A DNA stretch of 64,000 nucleotides from Octopus bimaculoides (GCF_001194135.2 NC_068984.1:39597113-39661112); one strand, 5' to 3'; shown: positions 1 to 12,942, counted from the first letter of the stretch. Notes: a model not told the origin generated them from the sequence alone. Made by a program: numbers and translations.

Positions 1-160
1 AGCCTAATAACGCTATTTTCTACACAAACAGGTATTTTACCGGAGCACATAAATTGCTTTTCTTTCACAGTACATAACATACCTGGAATCAGACATTCTG
101 TCTGAATACAAATCAATATTCTCAGCATTATAAGATACACCACGCTATCTTCATTCACAT

Positions 161-198
<38 letters not shown>

Positions 199-1011
199 NN
201 NNNNNNNNNNNNNNNNNNNNNNNNNNNNNNNNNNNNNNNNNNNNNNNNNNNNNNNNNNNNNNNNNNNNNNNNNNNNNNNNNNNNNNNNNNNNNNNNNNNN
301 NNNNNNNNNNNNNNNNNNNNNNNNNNNNNNNNNNNNNNNNNNNNNNNNNNNNNNNNNNNNNNNNNNNNNNNNNNNNNNNNNNNNNNNNNNNNNNNNNNNN
401 NNNNNNNNNNNNNNNNNNNNNNNNNNNNNNNNTATATATATATATATATATATATATATCGTTTGTAGAAAAACATAAATCCGGAGAAGAAGCACGCTCT
501 AAGATGTAGAGCAATTAATATTGTAGTTGGGTAGGCCGGTTTATGGAGTTACCCTAGGTTTCTCGCTAAAGAGGTCTCAGGCCAACAGTGTTTGGGATCT
601 GAAGGTACGCCGTAAGGCTAAACCCCTTATGAGCGAGAAACCTAGGGTTAACCAGCCAACCCCACTACAATGTCACAAAAATGTATGTATACTGACAGAC
701 ACATACACCGTCACACACATATACGTGTCAGTCATCGGCGTAACGTAGGTAACGAACTCGCGACCACGCTCATATAGAAAATGTGACGTCATTGTCGTCG
801 TCGTGGTGATATAAAATGTTTATGATAGGTGACTAAAAGAAAAATGACAATGTTAAATTTTTGTATTGCAAATATGTGAATTAAAATATAGTCTATTTGG
901 TAGCCAAAAGCCTACTGAATCTTTTGATATCCCATACGTCAAAATCGGCAACTCGGTTTTGGAATGCATAAGGAACATACGTACACATACACACACACAT
1001 GCAAACTCTCT

Positions 1012-1065
<54 letters not shown>

Positions 1066-1930
1066 CATACATATATATATANNNNNNNNNNNNNNNNNNN
1101 NNNNNNNNNNNNNNNNNNNNNNNNNNNNNNNNNNNNNNNNNNNNNNNNNNNNNNNNNNNNNNNNNNNNNNNNNNNNNNNNNNNNNNNNNNNNNNNNNNNN
1201 NNNNNNNNNNNNNNNNNNNNNNNNNNNNNNNNNNNNNNNNNNNNNNNNNNNNNNNNNNNNNNNNNNNNNNNNNNNNNNNNNNNNNNNNNNNNNNNNNNNN
1301 NNNNNNNNNNNNNNNNNNNNNNNNNNNNNNNNNNNNNNNNNNNNNNNNNNNNNNNNNNNNNNNNNNNNNNNNNNNNNNNNNNNNNNNNNNNNNNNNNNNN
1401 NNNNNNNNNNNNNNNNNNNNNNNNNNNNNNNNNNNNNNNNNNNNNNNNNNNNNNNNNNNNNNNNNNNNNNNNNNNNNNNNNNNNNNNNNNNNNNNNNNNN
1501 NNNNNNNNNNNNNNNNNNNNNNNNNNNNNNNNNNNNNNNNNNNNNNNNNNNNNNNNNNNNNNNNNNNNNNNNNNNNNNNNNNNNNNNNNNNNNNNNNNNN
1601 NNNNNNNNNNNNNNNNNNNNNNNNNNNNNNNNNNNNNNNNNNNNNNNNNNNNNNNNNNNNNNNNNNNNNNNNNNNNNNNNNNNNNNNNNNNNNNNNNNNN
1701 NNNNNNNNNNNNNNNNNNNNNNNNNNNNNNNNNNNNNNNNNNNNNNNNNNNNNNNNNNNNNNNNNNNNNNNNNNNNNNNNNNNNNNNNNNNNNNNNNNNN
1801 NNNNNNNNNNNNNNNNNNNNNNNNNNNNNNNNNNNNNNNNNNNNNNNNNNNNNNNNNNNNNNNNNNNNNNNNNNNNNNNNNNNNNNNNNNNNNNNNNNNN
1901 NNNNNNNNNNNNNNNNNNNNNNNNNNNNNN

Positions 1931-2206
1931 AATATGTAACACACTGTCTAAATACTAATCTTGAGAAATTAGGCTTCTCAAAACCAGAAAGGAGAAAGCT
2001 AATTTGAAGACTACAGATCCAATCCATCACAGGAACTGTAAAAATCTGTAAAACTTTCCAGAAGTTTATCATTTAAATATATATATGAGCATGTCTAGAT
2101 ATGCAACTATATGTATGAGAATACATATATAAAGCAAAACATACAAATCTACACGTATACATACATACATACATACATACATACATACATACATACATAC
2201 ATACAT

Positions 2207-2241
<35 letters not shown>

Positions 2242-2242
2242 T

Positions 2243-2277
<35 letters not shown>

Positions 2278-2290
2278 TACCCAGTTGTTG
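1931..2290 (+). mobile_element. 3' end of an R4/Dong-like (RLE-type) non-LTR retrotransposon, with a microsatellite-containing 3' region
   Basis: Right after the N gap, one frame reads YVTHCLNTNLEKLGFSKPERRKLI*RLQIQSITGTVKICKTFQKFII* (stop 2074-2076; the internal TGA fits CGA decay). This resembles the extreme C-terminus of R4-clade ORFs. It is followed by (CATA)n/(CAGA)n. Confidence 0.6.
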
Positions 2291-2297
2291 GCCATAC

Positions 2298-2490
2298 ATA
2301 CATCAACTGGAAATCTCCACAGAAATAGTAATATCAACAGGCTCTACCTAAGAAGAGACGAAGGAAACAGAAGCTTGAGATCAGTGCAGATAGCCTTCGA
2401 ATGTCGTATAATCTCTCTCAGAAGGCACTTGTTAAACAACAGCAGCAAAAATAAATACTTTAACTTTGTGCTGAAAAGTGAAAAGAACTG
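2298..2490 (+). mobile_element. R4/Dong-like retrotransposon, post-RT internal fragment
   Basis: GNLHRNSNINRLYLRRDEGNRSLRSVQIAFECRIISLRRHL matches the R4-clade motif LHxxSDxDRLYLxRxEGGRGL. Confidence 0.65.
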
Positions 2491-3569
2491 AAGGCAGTTG
2501 TCAAAGCAGCCACTACAGCTGTTCAGGTCAGAAAACACAACGCCAAGAAGAAAACAATTTCTTTTCTCACAGCCGAAGGAAAGCTCTTTCCTCAACCATA
2601 AACAAGACCAGGTCTACTTCCAACAGTTGAGAATAGATCTTGGAAAACAAGTAAAGTTCCCTGCTCACCTCATACAAATAACACACCTTTTAGATATGAT
2701 CTTTTCAGATTCCACCTAGCAAGAGATTTAGTAGAAAGTCAGTGTACCCTGGCAAGAACACTTGAAAGTGGTTCAACGAAATAAAGCTTGCCAAATACCA
2801 GTAGTAATGCAGAAGCCAAGGCTGGCAAGGTACACTGAGAGCCAACTAAAGTGAGCTATCAGAATTTCGTGGAACACTCTATCTGCAAGTCTTGGTTGAG
2901 CTTGAACTCACGAGTGAGGTGAAAAGGTGAGGAATACTTTCTATCGCTGCGGTCACAGAGAAAGCCATTATGTGGTTGTCGATTAAGAGGATACAAATGT
3001 GACTTATTGTTATTGAAATGCATGTCGGTGATTGATCAACCCCTGCTGGGCCAAGTGGGCAACGAGATTTGGTGTTGAAAGATCCGAAACCCACTTGAAC
3101 TTCAAGAACATCACTGACAGTGTATCCAAAAGTATCTGAGGTATGTATCTTGATATGCGAATCCTCCATCGAAACAGCTCACCTAGGAATTTCACCCGTC
3201 TGTTATTTCGTGGGTGACATGATACTTCTCAGTGTATCCATCAACTATTCAGTCCACAGCGGAAACTTTATCTTTTTCCTACGAGAATCTTAGAACTGCC
3301 ATTCCTTCTATACTAACTGACAACAAAATCATTTTATCTAGTGTCTCTAATACCAGGGAAGGTCACAATACATTATTTAGTTTGGGACACTTGTGTACAG
3401 CTGAAACGAACAGTAGTGGTTTACAGCTGGTGCAACAATATTCCGAGTTGGTACTTAATAGGCGTAAAGTTACCTGGGCCCATCTCCGGTCGAAATAGAG
3501 CCATCTTATTGACTTTATTATAATACATAACTATGACATAGTGATCTCTGTAGTTTTGCGTGAGCTTAC

Positions 3570-3687
3570 GGTTTGGGTAGAACACTACCGAGTCTGTTTC
3601 TCAATACGGGAGGTTCTCCTTTCAAATAATATTCCACCGTCCATTTTTCGCCATCGAACTCAGCACGGTTATCTGACAACCCAATAA
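3570..3687 (-). CDS. candidate internal coding exon of an unidentified host gene (118 bp)
   Basis: Minus strand: acceptor tttcttcacatatgcAG, donor CC|GTAAGC, open frame IGLSDNRAEFDGEKWTVEYYLKGEPPVLRNRLGSVLPK. No recognisable repeat similarity; protein not recognised. Confidence 0.3.
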
Positions 3688-4012
3688 CTGCATATGTGAA
3701 GAAATTTTAATTTATTTGAAAGAGACCATTCGAAATAACTAAAGAACTTTAATTCACCCCCCCCCCAAAAAAACCCTAACAAATGACATACAGAATAATT
3801 ATCATCATCATCACGTATCGTCTGCTCTCTATAAGTTGAATATCATGAATCTCCATCTTGGGCTTTCTCATGTTGTCCTTATACACCTACTATATTTTAA
3901 ATCTTTCCAATTCCTTATATGACCACTACTTGATCATAAATACCAGAACTAAATCTAAGTCATTCTTGGCTTTCCTCTTCCTCTCTTCTTTTTCCATTCA
4001 TTTTACCTTCTC

Positions 4013-4200
<188 letters not shown>

Positions 4201-4259
4201 AGTCTCTATAAACTTTCTTTTCTAATTAAGTGTCCGAAATATTTTTGTTTTCTCTCTTT

Positions 4260-4640
4260 AATAGTGGCTAATAAAATTTTCTCCGATTTAATTATTCTTA
4301 ACACTTCATTGGCTTTGTATTCTGTCTTTCATATTATTAAAAGTTTTCTTTCTGCCTACACCTCAAAGGCTTCTAATTTATTTGATAATCCATTATCGTC
4401 CACATTTCTGCTTCATCTAAGTAGGATGGGACCTATGACATTTTTTGGCTTTGATATTTAGGATTTATTTTATTCTATTTTATTTTATTGTTATTTTACT
4501 TTTTTTTGCTACTCTGTATTTGATATCTTTTAAAATGATTTTTCTAGCTATCTCAACAATTTTTCTTGTACTTCTGCTTCACGTTTTGCAATTTCTGATT
4601 GCATATATCCCAGGAAATACTCTCAAATATTATCGCTTCA
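4260..4640 (-). mobile_element. highly decayed RTE-type LINE fragment (RT C-terminal region)
   Basis: Frameshifted minus-strand peptides YFLGYMQSEIAKREAEV / KIVEIARK and NGLSNKLEAFEV*AERKLLII*KTEYKANEVLRII resemble the RTE motifs YLG...EIKRRIEIAR and RLEAFEMWxYRRMLKIxWxDxxTNEEVL. Confidence 0.5.
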
Positions 4641-5561
4641 TCTCATCAATCGCTCATGCTTGTAGACATTGCAGAGAAAAGATGTCTTTTGAAAATATAA
4701 ATATCTAGAAAGGAGTATACTTTTGTATTTTCTATCTTACATCGTCCATTTTATTCTTGCCAGTTTGATGGATGTTTGATCTTTTGACGTTGTACACATC
4801 CATTTCTGAAAATATATTAACCATCTTTTAATTATTTTTGTTCTAGATCATATCTTATCGAGATTTTAGGGTATCGAGTTTTAGACAATACATATAGCAT
4901 GTGTTAAATTTTGCCCTTGAAGTATTTTGTGAGAGTTCAAGCTTGACTAACATTCATGTGAATATATTATTGATGAACTTAACTTTTCGTTTTTATACGA
5001 TATTCTCCAGGGGCCTAAAGATGGACTTGAACTAAAGTCTTATTTGAGAAATAAAGTAGCTGGGATAATATATATCGATAAAATCATTTTTGGCATAGTG
5101 GAACACAGTAGTTGAATGATTAACAACTATATTTAAGCAGATATAGACTGAATACAACAGCTCTAGAGAACTGGCAATGTGCAATCATCAATATAGATGA
5201 AATAATGAAATACAAATAAGTGTGGTATATATAAAGGAATATTGTTACTTAATCACAGGAGAAAATTTCACACCAAAATATTGAAACGGCGCAAAATATA
5301 CAAAGTAGAATCACTGTTTGGAAACATTCGTAGAGGGAATGAAAAGATGGTATACAGGTGATAGGGATGAAACAGCCCTCAAGAAACAATTGAATTACGT
5401 CTTTGTTGATCACAACAAAGCTATTTATCTGCATTATCACAGATACGTTCGGTTTTCAAGTTCAAACATTTCCAGGACTCTTGTTATAAATAGTTTCAAT
5501 GCAGTGCACACGCCTCATAATAAATATGCTCAAAATAGTCTAGTGGTATAATTATGAATCC

Positions 5562-6003
5562 AGGTAAAGAAAAGTCACGGAAAAATAGTCACAGGAAAAA
5601 AAGAAACAGGAAAAAAATCACAGGAAAAATGTCACAGGAAAAGAGAAACAGGAAAAAAACAGGACAACGTTAGCCCTGTTTTTGCGTCTTTCTTTAATAG
5701 AAAGGTTAATTGTCGAATTCTTGCTTTTTTTAAAGTTAATATGTCAATCAGTCTCTGTAAAGGAATATGCAGAACTGATGGTAAATTGATGAGTTACGAA
5801 CTCTGCACAACCAACGGCCTACTCCTTTTGTACTACGTTTGCTAAAAGATCTAGATGAACTTCCTCCTGACTGTACTATGACAGTTGGCCCTAATCCCAA
5901 GGAGTTTTTACTCTATGATAACGGACCAAATACAAACAACCGCATTCTAGTGTTTGGTACCAGTGATGGCCTCAGACTCCTTGCTGGTGCTGATACTCTA
6001 TGA
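5562..6003 (+). mobile_element. MULE (Mutator-like) DNA transposon relic: subterminal tandem motifs plus transposase fragment
   Basis: 5563-5664 has about 7 copies of (GT)CACAGGAAAAA, typical of MULE TIR arrays. 5818-6000 reads PTPFVLRLLKDLDELPPDCTMTVGPNPKEFLLYDNGPNTNNRILVFGTSDGLRLLAGADTL*, the segment just before the first catalytic D (YxDGxF) of MULE transposases. Confidence 0.7.
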
Positions 6004-8159
6004 AAGGTGGACGACAAGGTTACATTTAGTCTGAAAATGTTTTTCGTGATATTTTCTTTAGCAAAGAACCAGATTAACCTAGTAGCGAGAGATAATTTCA
6101 AAGACCCGTGCTAAATGTTTTGTTACAATAGAACCTTGGTATATTGCCTTCAACTTTTAAAAATGACAAGGTTCCGATTCAGTGGTTGTGTCCTTGATCA
6201 TATTGCCATATAACCTTCATTTTCTTTGTTTTAATGGACGACTACTTGTTTAAGTTTGTTTCAATACTCGGAACAAACACGATATCCAATATACTTTAAC
6301 TAAATTACAGTACTTTAAACAAGTTACAATAACCAAATTGAATGACAACGGTAAGAGACTTCATCTTTGTCGGTTGCAATTAGACTCGCCATTCTGTTTC
6401 TCTATTTTCGACACACTCGACTTCTCATACAACAGCTGAGCTCAGTTATTATTTTTCTAATAAAATAAGGCGACCAAATCAGATTATTACAAATATGTGT
6501 TGGGCACTGTAATGCTAGACATCTCCCTTAGATCAAATCGAATTTTTTCTTATTCATTTAAAGCAAGAAACATTTTATTGTATACAGTTTCTACTTTGAT
6601 AACATATCGTTAAGCAAAATTATAGCACAAATAACAAGAATAAATTAACTCGCATTTTCAATCTGAGAACACAAAAGGAAATTTACATTATATTAGGTTT
6701 GTGTATCAGGCATGAACATTCAATCTGTGAATCTTATTTATTTATTGAATGAAAAAGGCTATTTTCTTGCGAATTTGCGTTAAGCTGTAACATTTAAATT
6801 TTATTTTTTAGGTTTAGCTTAAAACGTAATCAGTTTGTAGAAGAAGGATCAACACATTTATATTCGCCACAATTTACTGCGTCTCAGAAGTCGTCATTTG
6901 GTGTTAACCAAATATCTCAAACACATTGTCTAGCAGATAAATACCAAATTTAAGCTAAAACAATAAAGAGTGCAACCCTTTTTCGTTCCTTCCGATTAAC
7001 CCTCTCCCGTACTAGCTCATCTATAGACATTAATCCTTCAAATATGTAGCGAGATCTTATAAAAATAATTATAATTCGATAAAATAGCTAAGTTTTCCGT
7101 TTGTAACATACGCTACATACTCTGCAACCAGCTTATTCCGGCCTTGATGAAAAGGTCAAATAGGTTTCCAATGGACGTGAATTTTTGGAATCTGCCCTAG
7201 TGGTTGACAACAAATCAATACAAGGATTTAATGAGTTGGTCATTTATTTAAGGTCGTTTTCACTTAACGCAGTGATTGCGAACCTATGACATACACGTTA
7301 GCCGGTTACACATGAAGGACTTTGAAAATAAAATTCCCCGCAATATCATGTTATGAAAATTAATCGGTTATTCTTTATCGGAAATTAAAATATGTGTGAG
7401 TGACACACCAATAAGAGGATTATCAAATATCTTCAATTTCTACTCTTCGAGCTAATAGGTCCTGTTAGAATTAGCAGCCTATTCCCCTTCAGATCAAACG
7501 CTACCGTCTTGAAAAGGAAATATATATTGGGCAATGTAATCTTAGATATTTAAAAAGACACAATGATCGTGGCTGAAGTAGCTTTGATCGGTCAGGACTC
7601 ACTTTGGCTAAACGACCACTGCAGTAATTATTATAAGAGACAAGTAAGTTGCAGTAATTATTATCAGAGACAAGTAAGTTGATCTTTACTGAGCTGAAAA
7701 AACTTAGTTCAAAATAATCTAAAACATTGTAGACGATCCAAGATATCATGAAGTGAGAGAGAGAGGAAAAGTGAGAGCATATTTTAAGTTGTTGAAGAAT
7801 GAGGGCTCATCAAGGAGTAAAACATATTTCTTAATATCTCTAAAACCTGAAGACTAATACAGATATTACATATCTTTGACATAGTTATGTAACGTGATAG
7901 ATAAAATAAAACTAAATGTAACATTTGTTACATAACTACAAGATTACTCATTTTGTATTTCCAGACTCTCAGTATTCCTGACTGTATCTATTTTCTACAC
8001 AATGAAGAATTAGTGTAAAGCATCTTCGAGCTATCCTCTACTTGGTTTCCACTCTTATTCTTTACAGCAAAACCCAAACCCAAGCACAAATAATTACAAA
8101 AATATAGACATTTTAAAACTTTATTCAATAATGGCAGCCATACTGTACTTAAGTCTGCG

Positions 8160-8358
8160 TTCTTCTTCTTCTTCTTCTTCTTCTTCTTCTTCTTCTTCTT
8201 CTTCTTCTCCTCCTCCTCCTCCTCCTCCTCTTTCTTCTTCTTCTTCTTCTTCTTCTCCTCCTCCTCCTCCTCCTCTTTCTTCTTCTTCTTCTTCTTCTTC
8301 TTCTCCTCCTCCTCCTCTTTCTTCTTCTTTTTCTCCTCCTCCTCTTTCTTCTTCTTCT
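8160..8358. repeat. compound (CTT)n/(CCT)n microsatellite running into an N gap
   Basis: Directly visible. Confidence 0.95.
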
Positions 8359-9288
8359 NNNNNNNNNNNNNNNNNNNNNNNNNNNNNNNNNNNNNNNNNN
8401 NNNNNNNNNNNNNNNNNNNNNNNNNNNNNNNNNNNNNNNNNNNNNNNNNNNNNNNNNNNNNNNNNNNNNNNNNNNNNNNNNNNNNNNNNNNNNNNNNNNN
8501 NNNNNNNNNNNNNNNNNNNNNNNNNNNNNNNNNNNNNNNNNNNNNNNNNNNNNNNNNNNNNNNNNNNNNNNNNNNNNNNNNNNNNNNNNNNNNNNNNNNN
8601 NNNNNNNNNNNNNNNNNNNNNNNNNNNNNNNNNNNNNNNNNNNNNNNNNNNNNNNNNNNNNNNNNNNNNNNNNNNNNNNNNNNNNNNNNNNNNNNNNNNN
8701 NNNNNNNNNNNNNNNNNNNNNNNNNNNNNNNNNNNNNNNNNNNNNNNNNNNNNNNNNNNNNNNNNNNNNNNNNNNNNNNNNNNNNNNNNNNNNNNNNNNN
8801 NNNNNNNNNNNNNNNNNNNNNNNNNNNNNNNNNNNNNNNNNNNNNNNNNNNNNNNNNNNNNNNNNNNNNNNNNNNNNNNNNNNNNNNNNNNNNNNNNNNN
8901 NNNNNNNNNNNNNNNNNNNNNNNNNNNNNNNNNNNNNNNNNNNNNNNNNNNNNNNNNNNNNNNNNNNNNNNNNNNNNNNNNNNNNNNNNNNNNNNNNNNN
9001 NNNNNNNNNNNNNNNNNNNNNNNNNNNNNNNNNNNNNNNNNNNNNNNNNNNNNNNNNNNNNNNNNNNNNNNNNNNNNNNNNNNNNNNNNNNNNNNNNNNN
9101 NNNNNNNNNNNNNNNNNNNNNNNNNNNNNNNNNNNNNNNNNNNNNNNNNNNNNNNNNNNNNNNNNNNNNNNNNNNNNNNNNNNNNNNNNNNNNNNNNNNN
9201 NNNNNNNNNNNNNNNNNNNNNNNNNNNNNNNNNNNNNNNNNNNNNNNNNNNNNNNNNNNNNNNNNNNNNNNNNNNNNNNNNNNNNNNN

Positions 9289-9581
9289 ATACATACATAC
9301 ATACATACATACATACACACACATACATACATACATACATACATACATACATACATACACGCATACATACATACATACATACATACATACATACACGCAT
9401 ACATACATACATACATACATACATACACGCATACATACATACATACATACATGCATACATACATACATACATACACGCATACATACATACATACATACAT
9501 ACACGCATACATACATACATACACACATACATACATACATACATACATACATACATACATACATACATACATACATACATA
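9289..9581. repeat. (CATA)n microsatellite with CACG variants
   Basis: Directly visible. Confidence 0.95.
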
Positions 9582-9599
9582 CGCGTATTGAAATATTGA

Positions 9600-9695
9600 T
9601 TTAAAATTTTGGCACAAGCCCAACAAGCTCAAAGGTGGAGGTAAATCGACTACATTGACCCCAGTACTTAATTTATCGACCCCCGAAAGGATGTA
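9600..9695 (-). mobile_element. tRNA-derived SINE family A, 3' fragment
   Basis: Shares aaaattttggcacaag...cccagtact...atcgacccc-gaaaggatg with the fuller copies at 16938 and 21686. Confidence 0.6.
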
Positions 9696-10470
9696 GCCCT
9701 GGATCGATCAATGCCTTGTGAGAAAATATAGTAGAAGGAAATTGTACAGAAGCCTGTCGTATATATGTGTGCATGCATGTTTGTGTGAGTGCGTGCGTGT
9801 GTGTGTGTGCGCGCTCGTCTTTGTTTGTGTGTGTCTTTGTGCTTGTCATGCAGCAAAACCGAATGCTAGCCATTATTTTAATATCTGTATAAATTTGATA
9901 TATGTGTACGAAGCGAGAGACAGAAGGATAGCAATAGCAGAATACATTACAAACACAGATACTGTAAATTTATAGTCCAATTATTCGTCTGCTTTCTTAA
10001 GAGACTTTGATTTACAGCGTCAAGTCAGTGGACGCATTGCTTAAATCATAAAATATATAAAAGAATATTGTAATTTTTGCGTGAAGCACTGCAAAGTGCG
10101 TAAATGATATACATGTTTAAAAAGCCTTTCTGCAAAGCAGGAGTGATGTTATGCAAAATATCTAAGCTCATGTTAATAAATGAAAATAAAGAGAAAAATA
10201 TTGTAGTATCACACTCAGGTTGTTCAATGACCCTATAATATTTCGAGAAATATTCCCCCTTTCAAATAGAAGAAAGAAAACAATCAAAGAGTTCGGAGAA
10301 ATTAGTCATTACCCACAGGCCATCATAGTGTATTGTAAATAAATTATATACAGTGATAAATGAAAGCTGAGTGTCTCCTAAATTTAAGTAAACATAATAC
10401 ATACATATATATAATATATATACTTATGTATGTATGTATGTATGTATGTATATGTATGTATGTATGTATG

Positions 10471-10525
<55 letters not shown>

Positions 10526-10710
10526 NNNNNNNNNNNNNNNNNNNNNNNNNNNNNNNNNNNNNNNNNNNNNNNNNNNNNNNNNNNNNNNNNNNNNNNNNNN
10601 NNNNNNNNNNNNNNNNNNNNNNNNNNNNNNNNNNNNNNNNNNNNNNNNNNNNNNNNNNNNNNNNNNNNNNNNNNNNNNNNNNNNNNNNNNNNNNNNNNNN
10701 NNNNNNNNNN

Positions 10711-10773
<63 letters not shown>

Positions 10774-12724
10774 CGTATGCTTGTATGTATGTCATGGCAC
10801 TCTTAGTGCGACTGGTAACATGTACCCAAGTACGACTTGTCGCAAGGTTGGGCCGTTGGCGCCCAAACCGGCAACCCTACCAAACCTGCTTCGTAAGGGT
10901 TGTTGGACACTCTGCAGGCTGAAAAACAAAATCGGCCAAATGGCGATGAACTTTGTAGAGTCAAATGTCCAGTAGCTGTAAAACCATTGGGATTGATGGA
11001 GTACTAGCTGTTGTCACAGTATCCTTTTAGTTGCAGTTTCACGTGATTAATATTGTAGTATCACACTCAGGTTGTTTAATGACCCTATAATATTTCGAGA
11101 AATATTCCCCCTTTCAAATAGAAGAGAACAATCAAAGAGTTCGGAGAAATTAGTCATGACCCGCAGGCCTGTCACTGGGTACTAATCACAAAGACTCGGA
11201 GAGTGGTGCTCGTGTTGTACAAATGCTTATCACTATAATTCAATGGCATATAGATGTATCTTTATGGTGATCTCATTTGTCATTCCATCAGCTGAAAGCG
11301 CAATGCCGATCGAAGAATGGTGATGTGCGCAAACTTAACCAGCGAGAAATTTCAACTCTTTAGTCAAAAACGTCTGAACTTTAACCAGGGAACACCTTAT
11401 CCTACGGATTGACCTGACCAATCCAGTGGAAGTTACAACTTTTGTCTGATATCTATGCTCCAAACTATGCAGATCTGCAGCGAGACTAAACAGTTCTCTG
11501 AAGAGTCATGGACGGAAAGTCAGAAATGAGGAAAGTCAGAAATAAGGAAGCACTAGGAAACGGCAATCATCTGTGAAGATGGAGCAATCAACCAGTATGT
11601 ACGTATGTATGCATGCATGAGCAGTTCTTCTTGCGGGCAGTANNNNNNNNNNNNNNNNNNNNNNNNNNNNNNNNNNNNNNNNNNNNNNNNNNNNNNNNNN
11701 NNNNNNNNNNNNNNNNNNNNNNNNNNNNNNNNNNNNNNNNNNNNNNNNNNNNNNNNNNNNNNNNNNNNNNNNNNNNNNNNNNNNNNNNNNNNNNNNNNNN
11801 NNNNNNNNNNNNNNNNNNNNNNNNNNNNNNNNNNNNNNNNNNNNNNNNNNNNNNNNNNNNNNNNNNNNNNNNNNNNNNNNNNNNNNNNNNNNNNNNNNNN
11901 NNNNNNNNNNNNNNNNNNNNNNNNNNNNNNNNGTCTGTCTGTGTGTGTGTGTGCAGTATTTGGTGTTAGTGTATGCGCAGATTTGTATGTTTATTTTATG
12001 GATGCGTTTTTATGTATATATTTTCATGTCTAGATGCATGCATAAGTATTTATGTGCTATGTATGTATGTATGTATGTATGTATGTATGTATGTATGTAT
12101 GTATGTATGTATGTATGTATTGCAATAACAACTGGATAAGAAGCTTTTGAAGAATTAAATTTTAGTGTCTAGAAATGTTTCATTCCAAGAAGAAAACACT
12201 GGACTTACTTGTTACATGCAATAGACTAAAAGTATGAACATTTAATAAAATGTTTTTGAGAATATTATGTTTCTCGAAAGTGGTGATTGGGCTAAAAGGA
12301 GACCTAATGATCCTCAGCATACTTTAAAAAACTATTTAAGAGAGACTTGTTTTTTCTCTTAGAAAGCAAAAATGAATTCTCTCAAGCCACGTAAAGGACC
12401 AAATACTTCCTACTTTAGAACAATATGCACTTGGTTACTAATATTCTTATAATAAAAGTAAAAGAAAGAAAAGAAGAAAATGACAGAATGAAAGAAAAAA
12501 TGTAATTTCCTTAAGTGAAACTTACTCTTACACCTTTAGCTCTTCATCGTCGAAATTTTATTTCTTTATTAGGTATCTCCAATTTTTCATTGATTGTTCT
12601 TTGCTATACGGTATACCATCCAAATTTTTAAACATTTTTTCGCCTGTTATGATGCCCGACAAATAACTTACAGGAACGTAAGGAAAATATTGAACTCTCC
12701 TAATCTAACAAACACATATATACC

Positions 12725-12942
12725 CACATATGGTGCTGAAAAGTTCCTGGCTTTGGATAAAAGAAAATACAGGAGGATCAGTTAATTATGCTTTTATTCA
12801 ACATTCCACTCCCAGGTTCACACACTTATTGCAGTGGTCTCTCAGTTTTTCTTAGCCCTGTAAAAGGACTTGGAAGGTTGAGCCTCCAACCAAGCCTTTC
12901 ACTAAACCCTTAAAACCAGGGACTTTTCAGCCCTCCTTCGTA
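12725..12942. mobile_element. Tc1/mariner-type MITE, copy 1
   Basis: Ends GGTGCTGAAAAGTTCCTGGCTTT and AAAACCAGGGACTTTTCAGCCCTCCTTCGTA are inverted repeats; about 220 bp, homologous to the adjacent copy. Confidence 0.75.

Noticed and set aside
534-647. HDV-like ribozyme (TTCTCGCT resembles L3; CCCTAGG/CCTAGGG resembles P2)
   Set aside because: P3 and P1 cannot pair on either strand; the P2-like match is just part of the long inverted repeat.
784-791. Full CRE palindrome TGACGTCA in a CpG-rich patch
   Set aside because: A single 8-mer is expected by chance in 64 kb, and no transcription start or gene is linked.
2500-3500. GC-richer kilobase that looks like decayed coding sequence
   Set aside because: Only vague RT-like fragments (e.g. 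ADRVFHEIL on the minus strand); no family could be assigned.
5563-5664. CRISPR-like short repeat array (also 53880-54180 and 59290-59410)
   Set aside because: Eukaryotic context, no regular unique spacers, no cas genes; explained as MULE subterminal and RTE 3' UTR repeats.
6812-6953. Plus-strand candidate exon FSLKRNQFVEEGSTHLYSPQF...
   Set aside because: Acceptor and open frame only; no donor, no recognisable protein, and opposite strand to the 3570 candidate.
11498-11518. Hammerhead-like CTGAAGA-GTC-ATG-GAC-GGAAA
   Set aside because: Extra G before GAAA, no credible helix I/III, and it overlaps a local 16-bp tandem duplication; likely chance.
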